From NCBI RefSeq assembly GCF_001194135.2, contig NC_068983.1:27488374-27552373 (forward strand): DNA of 64,000 nucleotides. Reading direction: 5' to 3'. Position numbers and translations under genes: made by a program. Below the pieces are notes generated by a model. The model did no database searches, was not told the origin of the DNA, and saw only the letters and a list, made by a program, of their open reading frames with translations. The stretch is from Octopus bimaculoides (lineage: Eukaryota). This document shows positions 24,474 to 37,327 of this stretch, piece by piece (position 1 is the first letter of the stretch; every line of letters begins with the position of its first letter).

Positions 24474-25021
24474 NNNNNNNNNNGTCTGTGTGTGTCTGTG
24501 TGTGTGTGTGTGTGTACATACATACGTTAATATCAAGCAGTAAGAATGAGAGCTCAACACTGCATTGGTGGATAAATATCGTTCATTTGTGGGTTAACAA
24601 GTCAACCAATGTTTTCATTTCAAGAGACCTTCACAATTGCTCAAACGTGTGACATGGAAGTGTTCATTCTCATCTCTATTTTGGATGACAAAACACGACG
24701 GCACCCGAAGGAAAGCAATTTGTGGCAAAATTCCAGGCCTAATGCGATATAAAAATCAAGCTGATCTTATAAGTTTTCTCTGGTGATCTATGTATTTATT
24801 TAGAAATACCGTTAAACCTCCTGTAACACTCGTGTATTCTCATTCAAAAGGGAATCGAATACCAGCATGCCCCTGTGGCATGCTTGAACAATTGTGAATC
24901 TATTTTGACAGGAAAGCATTGGTTGCCTTATTAATCCATAAATAACGTAGAGAGAGACAGACAGACAGAGACAAACAGATAGACAGTCAGAAGGCAGACA
25001 GACAGACTGACAGATAGATAA

Positions 25022-25068
<47 letters not shown>

Positions 25069-25939
25069 GATAGATAGATAATTTTGAAGCAAATACTCCA
25101 TTACACCAATTCTGTTTTCTTGTCCTTGCAATCATACTTTTCCTGACATAATGACAGTAACATTGGAGTGATTTGCTAGTTTCAGATGACTGAATGCTCT
25201 CTTGTATATATATCCAGTACTTTTCCATCAATAATTTATCTTAACGCAACCACACCCTCACGCCCAAACACAAATACATACATGCATTTTACGCTCTTAA
25301 TACATATATATTTATAACTTGCAGCTGGAAATATGAGAATGCTTTATCATACTGAGAAAGTAAAAGTCACAAGATAAAGCGACATTTTTAGCAATATTAT
25401 AAGGATAAATTCCAAGAAGATAGACAAAATATGTCGGTTTTATGGTAGATTTTTATAGATGTTTATGTGGATAGAAAACACAAACTCATAAAGTCTTCAA
25501 ATTTTTTATATATTACACTTCAGATTCGAGTGGAATATCAACAATTAGACTGTCAGCTAAGCCCAGCAAAATACTTATCATCTATATTTTACTGCAACTA
25601 TTATAATAATGAAAGTTAGAGAAATTCTATCAAGATCTAAAATAACTTTTGTGAGCAAAATCAAAAGTGACATACGCGATGAGAAAACAAATATTATATC
25701 AAGAGCTCGTGACACTTGGAAAGGAACGATTGGTAAATGTCTTGAAGCATATCAAACAATAGGAAAATACGATTAATAGAGTTTGCTAAATAACACAAAC
25801 TAATTTCAGGAAACATAATGCACCAACACAAACCTCTAAAAGAAAATGTGGCGTCCACCTGGAGGGAAATATAATAACTAGGTTAATTTATTGTTGTCCC
25901 TAAAAGATATCAATCAAAAATAAATTGAAATAAAGATGA

Positions 25940-26105
25940 CCAGAATGTAGAAATTGAAAATTGGAAGCAATCTATATAGTAATAGGTAACTTGAGGGCGA
26001 TTTAAAGAACAGAAACAAATACATGATCAAGTACATGGAACTGTTAAATATTCGCAACATACAGGAAATCGCACTACTTAGCATTGCACATATTTTGCAT
26101 ATATT
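25940..26105 (+). mobile_element. R4/Dong-clade RLE C-terminal remnant
   Basis: ...KYMIKYMELLNIRNIQEIALLSIAHIL matches the IQKIALLGTAHIL terminal motif of the copy at 3375-3760. Confidence 0.6.
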
Positions 26106-26214
26106 ATTAATGATACAACAAAAAATGCAAAACATGAAAACTATCATTAACGTTAGACAAATAGAGAAGCACTCCGCAATAAAAATAAACCTCCTGGACG
26201 AGAATAATAACAAT

Positions 26215-26495
26215 GATAATGAAAATGCTGTGGTTATTGATAAGAGTGTATGCCGTTCCAATACTTGTTAGTGCCCTAAGTATAGTGAGAGAAGAAATTA
26301 GAAATGAAAATTTTTTGGATATGATAGAACTAGAAAAGAAAACGTGTGCTATTTCGCACTGCAACGAGTTTCTGCAAAGTTCTCGACACTTCAAAGGAAA
26401 GACCCATCTTTAATTCATGGGAACTGAAAAGCTGGTACGCCAATAACACCTCCTGTAGAATGCTGTGTGAGCAAGATATGAAAAGAATAACAATA
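26215..26495 (+). mobile_element. R4/Dong-like 3' remnant, highly decayed
   Basis: KMLWLLIRVYAVPILVSALSIV resembles the RMW.LKT..IPIIVGALG motif. Starts after an AAT/AAC-rich stretch and ends in AATAACAATAAC. Confidence 0.4.
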
Positions 26496-26715
26496 ACTTT
26501 TTCCACGATATAAAACTTCAGAGTGTCAGCAGAAACTTTGAAGTCTTAGTGTGAGGGATCTTGTCGATTATTGTTCAACATATACTTCTTTTATCGACTT
26601 CGAACAGATGAAATACGGTATTTGAACACAGAATATATAGAATCAGAAGAAATACCTTTAATATTGTGTCCGACGCGCAGACGATTTGCTAACTTACCTA
26701 TATAATAATAATAAC

Positions 26716-26779
<64 letters not shown>

Positions 26780-26792
26780 GTAATAATAATGA

Positions 26793-26910
26793 TCCTTTCT
26801 ACTATAAGCTCAAAAACTGAATTTTTGTGGGGAGGGGGACAATCAATTATATCAACTCAAGTACTTGACTGGTACTTAATTTATCGACCCTGAAAGGATG
26901 AAAGGATGAA
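26793..26910 (-). mobile_element. SINE family B 3' part with (TAA)n tail (26701-26792)
   Basis: CCTTTCTACT...GGGGAGGGGG...CTGGTACTTAATTTATCGACCCTGAAAGGATGAAAGG. Confidence 0.75.
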
Positions 26911-27049
26911 ATGCTGACTATCAAAATAAAGAGCTGGTGTTATTCCTCATGTCCTGCAATTAAAATTTTTTTAAATGCATAAATGGACACGTGAAGAATA
27001 TATTTCAATCCTACATGCTTATTTCATAGCAGTGCTCCACCCACAGAGC

Positions 27050-28320
27050 GAGAACTCAGCAACATATACATATAAAAAAATAACTGGAAGAAAAATAACC
27101 TAGATGAAGATTTGATTATATCAATGAACCCTAATAAAGTAGCCAACATACGGCGATATATTCTGAAAACAAACCAAAAAATAGAAACAACGCACTTAAG
27201 TGGGAAAATACATCAAGAATAATTAATAGTGACCACACAACAATGCCAAATAAAATCATAAGCACTGGGACTGTAAAATACGAAGACAGATGAAAAATGT
27301 CCAACCTAAACGAAGTAAGTAACGAAAGACAATAAAACCAAGCCGTAGGAATGTATAATGATGAGTAAAATACACCACACCAGAACACCACAACAAAAAT
27401 ATAAACGGGAATGAATGCGGAACACACTTAAAAACTGGAAACAGTGAAGGGGAAATCAGTGATTTTGTTACTCTAGAAATGTATTTAATCAAAGAATTTA
27501 AGACCACAGAACTCAGTATGGACCACCGATTGTACCTCCCAAAACTTAAAGTTGATAATAAGACAGCATAAAGAATAAATAACATAAACCTGGCCGTCAC
27601 AGAACTAACAGCCGCAGAAACAAATGTCAATATGACCAGGTTAAATGATATAATATATGCAGCAGTGCCTGTGACCACAAAAGAAGCTGGATACACGATC
27701 AAACCCATCCAAACAGGAATATTACAATCTAAACAAAATCTGTGGAAAATTAATATTAAAAAAATAGTAAATAAAAGAAAGGATCTAGCAAACCTTAACG
27801 AAATTAGTAGGCAAGTAACACTACTAAGCAACGAGAAGAGAAGAAAAATACTACGGAGATACAAAATTACAGAAGAGGTTACACTTGAAGTAAAAGAGCT
27901 AAAGCAAGATGTCTTCTCCAAAGCACAACGAATTTGCCTGAATGAGAGATGCCAACGTTTCTTTGAACAAAACAAGCAGTTCAAATCCAAATCCAAAAGA
28001 TTCTGCCATGAACTTGGTGAAAACAAAATAGAGATCTACGCAGCGCCAACAACAGAAGTGAAGGAATTTTGGAAAAAATATGGTCGGCGAAGGAATAAAC
28101 TCACAAATTATCTATCAAAATAAAAAAACACAGCACACTGAACAACTCCGAACTCCTTATAACAAGGGAAGTGGATACCCAGGATCTGCAAAAACAAAGT
28201 AACTGGAAGACACCCAGACACTACAAGATCCCCAATTTCTGGCTAAAATATCTAACAGGAATGCATAAAACGCTGGCCGATAAATTCAATGAGATCCTAG
28301 AGAGCATTGCCTGGATAGCA
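27050..28320 (+). mobile_element. R4/Dong-clade retrotransposon, decayed ORF region upstream of the RT domain
   Basis: NKVANIRRYIL...LNDIIYAA...FFEQNKQFKSKSKRFCHEL...EVKEFWK...SNWKTPRHYKIPNFWLKYLTGMHKTLADKFN corresponds to the R4-type NWKAPGPD.I.NFWLK motif. Multiple stops and frameshifts. Confidence 0.8.
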
Positions 28321-28324
28321 GATA

Positions 28325-29165
28325 ACTGTGAGAGCTTGCCGACACTGCAGTTGTCAATCGCCGCATAAGCTTACACAAAACTATTGCATCCAAGATCACG
28401 CGGGATGCCCCTCATAACATCCAGTTTCCTGTCTTTCCCACGTGATGTGGAGGCACCAGCGTCTGTAGAATCAATCTCAGGGTGTGTGAGTGTGTTTGTT
28501 TGTGAGAGCGTCACTGTGTGAGTGTGTACCTCAGAGAGGAGTAGAAGTGCTGGTTTGGGAGATACCCTGGGTGGTTATCTCAATTGTCTTTGTGCTTCAC
28601 CTGAAAATGAGGCTGTATGTGTGGCATATTGTTTAAGTTGATGCTGTTGTTGAGGGTTTTGTTTGGGTGGTGGAGCGGCTTCGTGCCTCCTATTTTTTTG
28701 CGGGGCAGAAGGCTTTGAGGTGGCTTGCGTCCCTACAAATGTCGCAATTAGGCTTTCTGCCTTCTACTATAACACGTATATCGATCCTGTTGGACAGCTG
28801 TATAAAGTCCATCATTTTATCCATATTTCCGGTTTCAATGGTTATCCCAGACCAGTTTGCCCTACTGCTCCCGTTTCACCTCCAGGGGTGTCTCCGAGTC
28901 TTCTACCATGCAGGCTACAATCCACCAGACGTTCACGCCCGGCGGAACGCTTGATATTTTTATTCTGGCAGTTCTTTTGAGACGTTCGTTTGGTACAGGA
29001 CCCACTCCTCACTCCATCGGAGCGTTGCTGCATGTTTACGTGCGAGGACCTCGATGCTGGCATACAGTTTGACTTTTGTAAGTGGGTCGCGTTATCTAAG
29101 AACTCCTTCAGAACCTCCTCCACTTGACATATAGATGCTATTTCTGCTCGCTTGCTCTTGCGTGA
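28325..29165 (-). mobile_element. L1/Tx1-like LINE ORF1 (gag-like, CCHC zinc knuckle), decayed
   Basis: RIKISSVPPGVNVWWIVACMV...IRVIVEGRKPNCDICRDASHLKAFCP. C-x2-C-x4-H-x4-C at 28705-28746, followed by a T/S/P-rich tail. Stops and frameshifts present. Confidence 0.8.
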
Positions 29166-29231
29166 GACTCATCTAAAATGAATATTTTTTTCTTCCATCT
29201 CCAAGATTTCAGGAGTTACAAGGACCGCTAT

Positions 29232-29362
29232 CCTACCTGTCCTACAAGGCCTGAAAGTTTGGGGGAGGATGCTAATCGATTACATTGACCCCAGTGCGTA
29301 TTTGAGACTTAATTCATCGACGCCGAAAGGATGAAAAGCAAAGTCAACCTCGGCGGAATTCT
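29232..29362 (-). mobile_element. SINE family B 3' part
   Basis: ACAAGGCCTGAAAGTTTGGGGGAGG...CCGAAAGGATGAAAAGCAAAGTCAACCTCGGCGGAATT. Confidence 0.8.
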
Positions 29363-29366
29363 GATA

Positions 29367-29410
<44 letters not shown>

Positions 29411-30362
29411 CAGTGAATTTGTGTAAATTCTTTTGTTACGTTGCGACAAAACTATATAATACACTTCGGCTCTTGCGCACCAAATAGTTTCTTCAATTTC
29501 AAAGAAATGAAAAGATTCAACGTTATCAAAATCCATCAGTTTCTTAGAAAACCATGATGAAAATTCAGATAAAAATCTTTTCCGATTCCTCGTTTAAAAT
29601 TAATATATATTGAGCTCATCGTTAGCAACTACATTGAACTTAACATTAATATCTTTAGCTTATTAGATGCTTGTTTACTTGTCATTTCTTTCAAAGAGCA
29701 GTCTCAAGAAATCCCCGCAGAAGTTTCTACTTTCAGAGAAGTTGAAGCAGAAGTCTGAAAAATGAATATGAATAGGTGGAAAATTATAAATTCATGGTCA
29801 ATCGGAGATTTTTTCGACCCCTGAACTTAAGAATAATATATTTGTTCAATTGTTTAAATTTTCATCGAAGTGGACACATTAAATGTAATTATATAAAATT
29901 AAATAAAGCTACATAAATGATTCCAACCAGAATAAGGTACGAAATGAATGGGAATCATTCATCGGTGAATTGGTAGAAAGAATGTTTGGTTTGCTACTGA
30001 TGTAATAAATTAAATAACGAAAAATTGAACCGTTGTCAAATGAAAGAAACAAAATTATATTAAAGAAATGTGCTATGAGATATTAAATTGTAGACTAGTT
30101 TTGTTAGTAAGCCAATTTGGTATTCTGAGTTACATCGGCGTGTCTGTCAACTATTGTCTCTGAAAATTGCGAGAAAGATTGTGAAATCAAGTCAGGTCAT
30201 GCTAAGTAGTAAATTTGATTTTAAACAACTGAAATCCGATTCAGTCTTGATCTTCAATAACGAACAAAGTTGTTTGTATGTGAATAGAAAACTAACTAGG
30301 TTTATTTCTGATGAGAAATACGCTACTTATGAATCAGAATGGGAAACTGTTATGTATATATC

Positions 30363-30415
<53 letters not shown>

Positions 30416-30510
30416 ACACACATACATATATTACGTGTACGCATATGCATACGCTAGTCTGTGTATTTATGCACGAATACATACATATATTCATGCGTCT
30501 GTATATGTAC

Positions 30511-30545
<35 letters not shown>

Positions 30546-31493
30546 TGTATGTATGTATGTATGCATGCATGTGATTGTATGTATATATGCAGTCATATGC
30601 ATGAGAAATATACTGATGTATTGTTCCAGAGTTATAGAGACGCGGAGAATATTTTCAAAGATATGTATGGTGGAAACAATTGCCCTAAACATGTATGTGT
30701 GCTTGTGAGTTTGTATATGTGTTTACATGTGAGAAGTACTGCATCTCTTACATTGTTAGTCATATATACTTTTCTTCTAACATAAAACGTACCATTATGC
30801 AGTGTAACTGCTTTTATATACCATAAAGTTTTTCGTTTGTTATTCAGTCTCTGATGATTTGTTAATGTAATCGGTTCATAAGAGATTTCCTTGTCTGACA
30901 GTTCTTTTTATTTATGAAACTCACTATAAAAATGGATTGGATAAATGAAAAAAAATTATCATTAGATTTGGTTTCTATTCATAATCAGAATTCAAACTAA
31001 GGGAATGGAAGTATGATTCTGCAGCATGTAATGAAGAATACCAGCTAATTTATTCCTCACATAAGCATGTTTCCATTTATACCTGAAGACATGGAATTCT
31101 AAAGACATTAGGCAAATAACCTATCACCTTTGCGACAAAAGTAATGCCACTAAGTTGGTTAGCGACATAGGGAATTTGAAGACCATTTCCACACCACATA
31201 TAAACGCTGGAGAAATGTGAAGAAAGTCAAGCCATATTTTAATGGATCTAAGAAATGAAACTTATACGTAACAAAAAGACCACTTGTTTTTCAGATTCAA
31301 GAATTCCACCAAACTTCTTAATTCTAGATCTGTACTTTTAGCAGGTGCAAACACATGGACAAGTTTCTTTAATCTATCGCACGACCACAGGAGCAAGAAT
31401 GTTAGCTTGGCAAATTTTACAAAGCTCTCTACTTAAAATATCGTAAAAGTATGGAACTATTAGGAGCTCTTTCCTAATTGAAAATTAAATTTA

Positions 31494-31604
<111 letters not shown>

Positions 31605-31656
31605 GTGTGTATGTGTGTGTTTGTGTGTATATTATGTATGTATGTATGTATGTATG

Positions 31657-31810
31657 TGTTGTGTCGACGCCCCTAAGCGAAGAAGTATGATCGCCCAAGA
31701 CATATAAATAGAGGTAGTCTAGTCGTGGTAGAGGAGTTGAGTAGCCGTCATGTAACGGTTGAGTAGAGATCATCCGAAGGTGCTAGATAGCAGTAGCTTG
31801 AGACATAACA
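31657..31810. mobile_element. Short solo LTR (154 bp)
   Basis: TG...CA ends with terminal inverted repeat TGTTGTGTC / GACATAACA (8/9 match), 5-bp flanking duplication GTATG, internal TATAAATA. Inserted in (TATG)n. Confidence 0.6.
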
Positions 31811-32651
31811 GTATGTATGTATATGCATACACATATCTGAGATATGACACCATAAAAAAGAAAATGAGAGAATACCGTGCTGCAGCATACGAAGCAGCAG
31901 TCTATTTTTCAAGCAGCATTCAGTGTGACTTCTGGTACTGAATACTTTCTTTTTACCTTCTGTAAAGAGGAAACACTGCATCTAGCATTATTTACAGAAA
32001 TTGGAAGACTGGTAGAGTATTCTGAAAAAGGGGATATGTTCCTAAAGCTCAGTGTAGAGAGAAATCCAATGAACGCAGCAAAGTTACCCTGTGGGCATGT
32101 TGTTTCGGGCGGTTGATTAACTCAACCCCATAAGTGGTAGATTTAATCTACCACCCGATTTCATAGGTCGAGATCCGAATTCAGAATACAAGGATTGGTA
32201 AAAATACCATAAAATACTCGGTACCCCATTTTAAAAGTTTCATAATACCACCGCCCTGATTCGTGCGTTTTTGTTGACCTAAAAAAATATAAGGCTGGTC
32301 TGGATGGCTTTTCGACTCAGAACTTTGAAGATCAGAATGAATATTTCGAAGAGTTTAATACGACGCTCTAATGAATACCTATTCACTGAAATTCGAATAT
32401 ATTTATGATGCTCATAATTCATTTGACCTATTTATATATTTATATGCATTTGTTTGTTAGTTTATATATAAAATCGCTTTTCTAGATCAGATCAAATATA
32501 CTGGAGGAAAGCGAAGCAGAATTAACTGTTTTGTTGGAAGTCACAGAGAAATATTTGTCATTTCTGGTTCGTTGATCTTCCGTTGACTAATATTTGTCTA
32601 GAGGAAATAATTCTAACTTATCATTGTACAAAAAATGAATCGATAATAATG

Positions 32652-32702
<51 letters not shown>

Positions 32703-33039
32703 TTTAAATGTATCATCCGTAACAAAATGTTATAAAATCGAAAGTTATATTGAACCAACGCCAGCGTTTGTAGATGTTCAATATTTGACCAACATTTGGA
32801 AACATTTATCAATGACGCCGAGATTTTGGAAATTCTGTTTATATTTATAATACGCTCTCAAATTGATATGGTGTAAATATATATGAAATATATAATGAAC
32901 TGTATAAGTATCTTGTGCAATTTACATGGATATTTACAGCTAATGAAAATAGCCGACCAAATCATCTGGCAAGCAGGTTATTTAAAGTCTAGGATACTAT
33001 CCTTCTTCTTAACATTCCTCTTTTGGGAGCAGAATTATG

Positions 33040-33373
33040 AACGATAAAGTAGGAACTTCAAGATGGCCTGATGACACAGCACACGGTTTTCCTGAAGTCT
33101 CAAAATGCTCCGTGGTTTGAAGTAAAAGGGTTTATTTATGGATGCATTACACCCATCTCAGATGTGGTTGCTCAGCACAAAGCTGGCTTTGCTTACCAGG
33201 TTGCATAAAAGGTTATATTTGTAAGACTTTTGCACTTTAGTATATTACACATATCATTCAACTTCATTGATGTATTGGCAGTGACGAATGAAATTGAGGA
33301 CTTAACAAAGACAATGCAAGGCAGAGATTCCTGGCGCACCATCGTAAAGTGCATCTCAGTTCTCACCACGTAA
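33040..33373 (+). mobile_element. RTE-clade LINE, decayed 3' end of ORF
   Basis: FIYGCITPISDVVAQHKAGFAY...FNFIDVLAVTNEIEDLTKTMQGRDSWRTIVKCIS* fits the RTE C-terminal pattern IYG.LP.IS..V..RR.RFAGH...YID......DL...M.DR..WR. Confidence 0.7.
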
Positions 33374-35044
33374 AAATTGTATATGTGTGTTTGCGCGGGT
33401 TTGTGTGTGTGTATGTGTGCACGCGCGCATGTGCTCGCGCACATGCTCGCGTGCATGTAGAGTTGTTTTTATATATGTCTGTACCTGCATTTATCACATA
33501 CCTACATCGACAAAGAGACAAGAAAAGAATTTTTATAATCAGTGCCAAAGCTAATTTTCGAATTTGTTTTCTGCGAATACAATAAACTGCTAACAAGGAA
33601 ATTAAAATATTATTCTTAACGGCAACGTTATAACAGGAATGAAAGTTTTAAGATGAGTGATGCCAGTTTAAGTAAAACGAAACCATGATGATAAGTGTAG
33701 GAAATAAATGCCCCAGAAATAAACTTAGAAATGTGTAAAATGCCTACCACGCAATAACCCAGTATTAAGACTTAATTGTTGCATCTAAAACTCAGTGACG
33801 TAAAATACCATCGTGATTTTGATGATGAGTATGGTTGAGTTGAAGATGTATCAGCAATCAATACAACATAGAAAGTTATTCATATCATTCAAAGTATTCA
33901 TAGTTTAGTTAAATGTGAAGTTTGTGTTTTTTATTGTGTTCACTTTTAGTCTAAATTCTTCTTAGCACCAAAGTAGTTTGTATTACACAATTCTATGGCA
34001 TCAATATATAATTATGGAATTAACATTCCTCTGTTGATTATAATTTTCCCAAGAATCTATAATCTTACTCTTGGGAAAAAGAATTAGACGTTGTGGATGT
34101 AAACCACATAAAGTATAACATTTAACAACAATACATCCCTCGAGGTTCGTTGCAAAGCATTTTGGTCAATGAATTCTTATCTAAGACATTACACAATGGT
34201 TCCAGCAGATGTCGATTTAATACTCAATGAATGAAATATAATTATGACATTGAATGTTAGAAGTGATGCCACCTCCTATAAATATAGATGCATAGAAGAG
34301 TAATGGTTTAAGTCGTTTTTTAATTGATCTGCATAGCAAATAATTAATTAAGTAGCATCAATTTTAATTTTAACGTGGGCGGTAGAGAGAAGGCTGTGGA
34401 AACGGCAGACAAGTCAAAGTGACTTATTAATTAAAGATCTTTGCAGTGTTTAGTTACATCTATTTATATTCTGGAGGTGAAATCCCGCTTCAGTTGACTT
34501 TGCCCTTTATGAACTTTATTTTAAGCAAGCTTTAAATACAATACAAGGTACAAATGACTTTGTGCTATGAAGGAAAAACAGAAACTGAGACAACACCGCA
34601 AAAGACTGAGTTCATTCCTCGCCAGAAGTATATGTACATGTACGAGGTACTTAATGGAGAACGGACGCTGAACAGTTTAAAATCTTGTGTTAGAACATGT
34701 ACATTGTGTTACATATTATGTAAGGTTTGTTGATTGATGAAAACAATTCGTTCACAGCTAAGATGTGTTTTTTAACACTGGCACTAAGTCAGAATTTTAA
34801 GGGGATAAAGCAGTTTAATAGATTAAATTCATTGTTTGATTGTAACTTACTTTCTAACTTCAGAAGAAAAAATATATTATTGCCTCGCTGGGATTTGGAA
34901 ATGTGAACGGAAATCAGAACCGATATTCCTTCGAGTATTTAGTCATTGAATTGTCTAAAAGCAGCACAGATTTTTTCTTAGGATTCTATGTTTTTTTTAA
35001 ATCTGATGTTCTGTTTATAGTAATAAAATACATATCAAAAGAAG

Positions 35045-35262
35045 ACAGCGAACTCACTGAACATTTAGCACGCCGAGCAAAATGCCTAGCGGCATTTCGT
35101 CCATCTTTCCGTTCTAGGTTCAAATGCCACTGAGGTTGACTTTGCCTTTCATCATTTAGGGGTCAATAAAATAGGTACCAGTTGAGCACTGTGGTAGATG
35201 TAATCGACTTACGCCCTCCTCAGAAATCGTTCACCTTGTACCAAAACCAGAAACCAATAATA
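35045..35262 (+). mobile_element. SINE family B, near full length
   Basis: TTAGCACGCCGAGCAAAATGCCTAGCGGCATTTCG, B box GGTTCAAATGCC, TTGACTTTGCCTTTCATC...AGGTACCAGTTGAGCAC...CCTTGTACCAAAACCAGAAACC. Confidence 0.85.
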
Positions 35263-35295
35263 TATCTAAAATAAGCATAATAATAAATAAATGCT

Positions 35296-35536
35296 CCCTT
35301 TTAAAGCTTAGCCAGGCTCATGGGCCCGGTTTCCCGGTTTCAATGGGGCAAGTGTTACCAGCTGGACGGGACGCCAATCCATCGCAGCGTTACTCATTTT
35401 TGCCAGTTGAGTGGACTGGAGCAACGTGAAATGAAGTGTTTTGCTCAAGAACACAACGCGTCGCCCAGTCCAGGAATCTAAACCACAATCTAACGATCAT
35501 GATGCTGACACCCTAACCACTAAGCCACGCGCCTCC
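35296..35536 (-). mobile_element. tRNA-derived SINE family D (CORE/V-domain-like), full length
   Basis: Minus strand GGAGGCGCGTGGCTTAGTGG (A box), GTTTAGATTCC (B box), GTGTTCTTGAGCAAAACACTTCATTTCACGTTGCTCCAGTCCACTCAACTG core, GCGATGGATTGGCGTCCCGTCCAG segment. Confidence 0.85.
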
Positions 35537-36948
35537 ACCAAAATAAGCATATAAATACCTTAAAATCTAATGATGAGTCAAAGAATGACGAAAACGGTAA
35601 TCATTGAAAATTGAATGTCAGAAGGAGATTCTTAAATTAGATCATACAAAATATACATTTTTGTTTTTCAGAACATTTTAAACCCATATAAATGCTAATA
35701 AATCTGTCATTATATTTGGGCATTTGAGGTTATGATGTAAGTCATTGAATACCTTATTTCAGGAGTTTGATAGAATTCTTTAAATTCTTAGGCATCATTA
35801 ATACATACAGATATTTGTTTCTTTACTTCTTATTTTTATTATATGCAAACAAAAGAGATCTAGCTTCTTAGCACTAGGGTTACAACAGAGTTGGCGACGG
35901 AAGAAAGAGAACCAATGACGGTTTAATCACTCCCCCTATATTCATACCTTATTTACTCAAACACATCACCAGAGAACTAATTAAAATAAATTAAAATGAA
36001 ACAAAATACTATTTTCTTTTTCGGTGATGCCTTTTAAAGATTTTTTTAAAGATTATTTTCACTGCTATCATTTTTCGATGCGTGTGTGTATGTGTGTGTG
36101 TGTGTATGTGTGTCTGTGTTTCTGTGTGTCTGTGTGTTCCAGTGTGTGCGCGCGTGAGCATGCATGTGTGTGTGTGCATGTGTGTGCACTTAAGAAATGC
36201 GACAATATTTTGACGTGACTTTTTCGTTTACGATAGCAAAAATAATTTTGAATGAGTAAATTTATTCCCTCTAAAAGTGTCTTTTCCATGTGCTTCCTTT
36301 AATGTGATGTGAGGAATATGTAATTTTTTTATAGCTCAATATGCAGCTAATGGTTCTGCGTTGCATTTTAAAATTGAATGACACTTCGTGGCCCCAGAAA
36401 CGTGTTACAGTTCCTTAAAATACAAAATTTATTAAGCAATAAAACTAACGAAAGAAAGCCCTACTACATTTGGTGGTGGATATTGCCTAAGTACTGGAAT
36501 GTGAAGGAATTTAGTTTTAATTATTTCATCTCTTATTCATTTTATATTTTATTTCATTATGTATATATTATTTTTAGTTCTTTACAGTTAAGAATAAAAA
36601 AATCATTGACGTAATATTTTTGTCACTCATGTGCGAGGACTCACTTTGTGATAGAGATAAAAGATGGAAGAAATTACAGTTTCGATATCAAATGCATTCA
36701 GGGGAACTGAAATGAATGCAAGTTAATATAATTTCTACTTAAATATAATTACTGCTTTTAAGTGAGATTCCTTGGCAGAATTGATGAGAGCGCTAAACTG
36801 AATGTCTCGTGTTATTCTGTTAATTAAAATCCCCTCTCGATTCCAATTTAACATTTTATTTATCAATGGGCGAAGGTGGTATGTCCAATAAACTTCCAAT
36901 GCATATATGCTTTATACAACATTACTTTTTACCCTACCCATTTGTACA

Positions 36949-36988
<40 letters not shown>

Positions 36989-37054
36989 NNNNNNNNNNNN
37001 NNNNNNNNNNNNNNNNNNNNNNNNNNNNNNNNNNNNNNNNNNNTACACACACAC

Positions 37055-37199
37055 AATTTAAAATTTAGGGTTCAGCTAGTATTGCCTCACCGCACACTAA
37101 AAAATTAGAAATAGCAACCAAAAATAGTAGTTTTGGCTGCTATTTCTAATTTTTCGGTATGGGGTGAAGCAATACTTGCTGAACCCTAAATTTTAAATT
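37055..37199. mobile_element. 145-bp palindromic (hairpin) MITE-like element
   Basis: 69-bp arms AATTTAAAATTTAGGGTTCAGC...TAGAAATAGCAACCAAAA and its reverse complement, 7-nt loop ATAGTAG, few mismatches. Confidence 0.8.
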
Positions 37200-37291
37200 A
37201 TGTTTATATATTTACCGATAATGGTTTTTAACACACCGAACTACTTGGAAAAATTACTAATTATCAATTAATTATTCATTTTTACCCTATG

Positions 37292-37327
<36 letters not shown>

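Noticed and set aside
33060-33100. CTGATGA at ~33069 (also 30308 and 30853)
   Set aside because: No matching GAAA or helices. The first lies within an RTE coding remnant.
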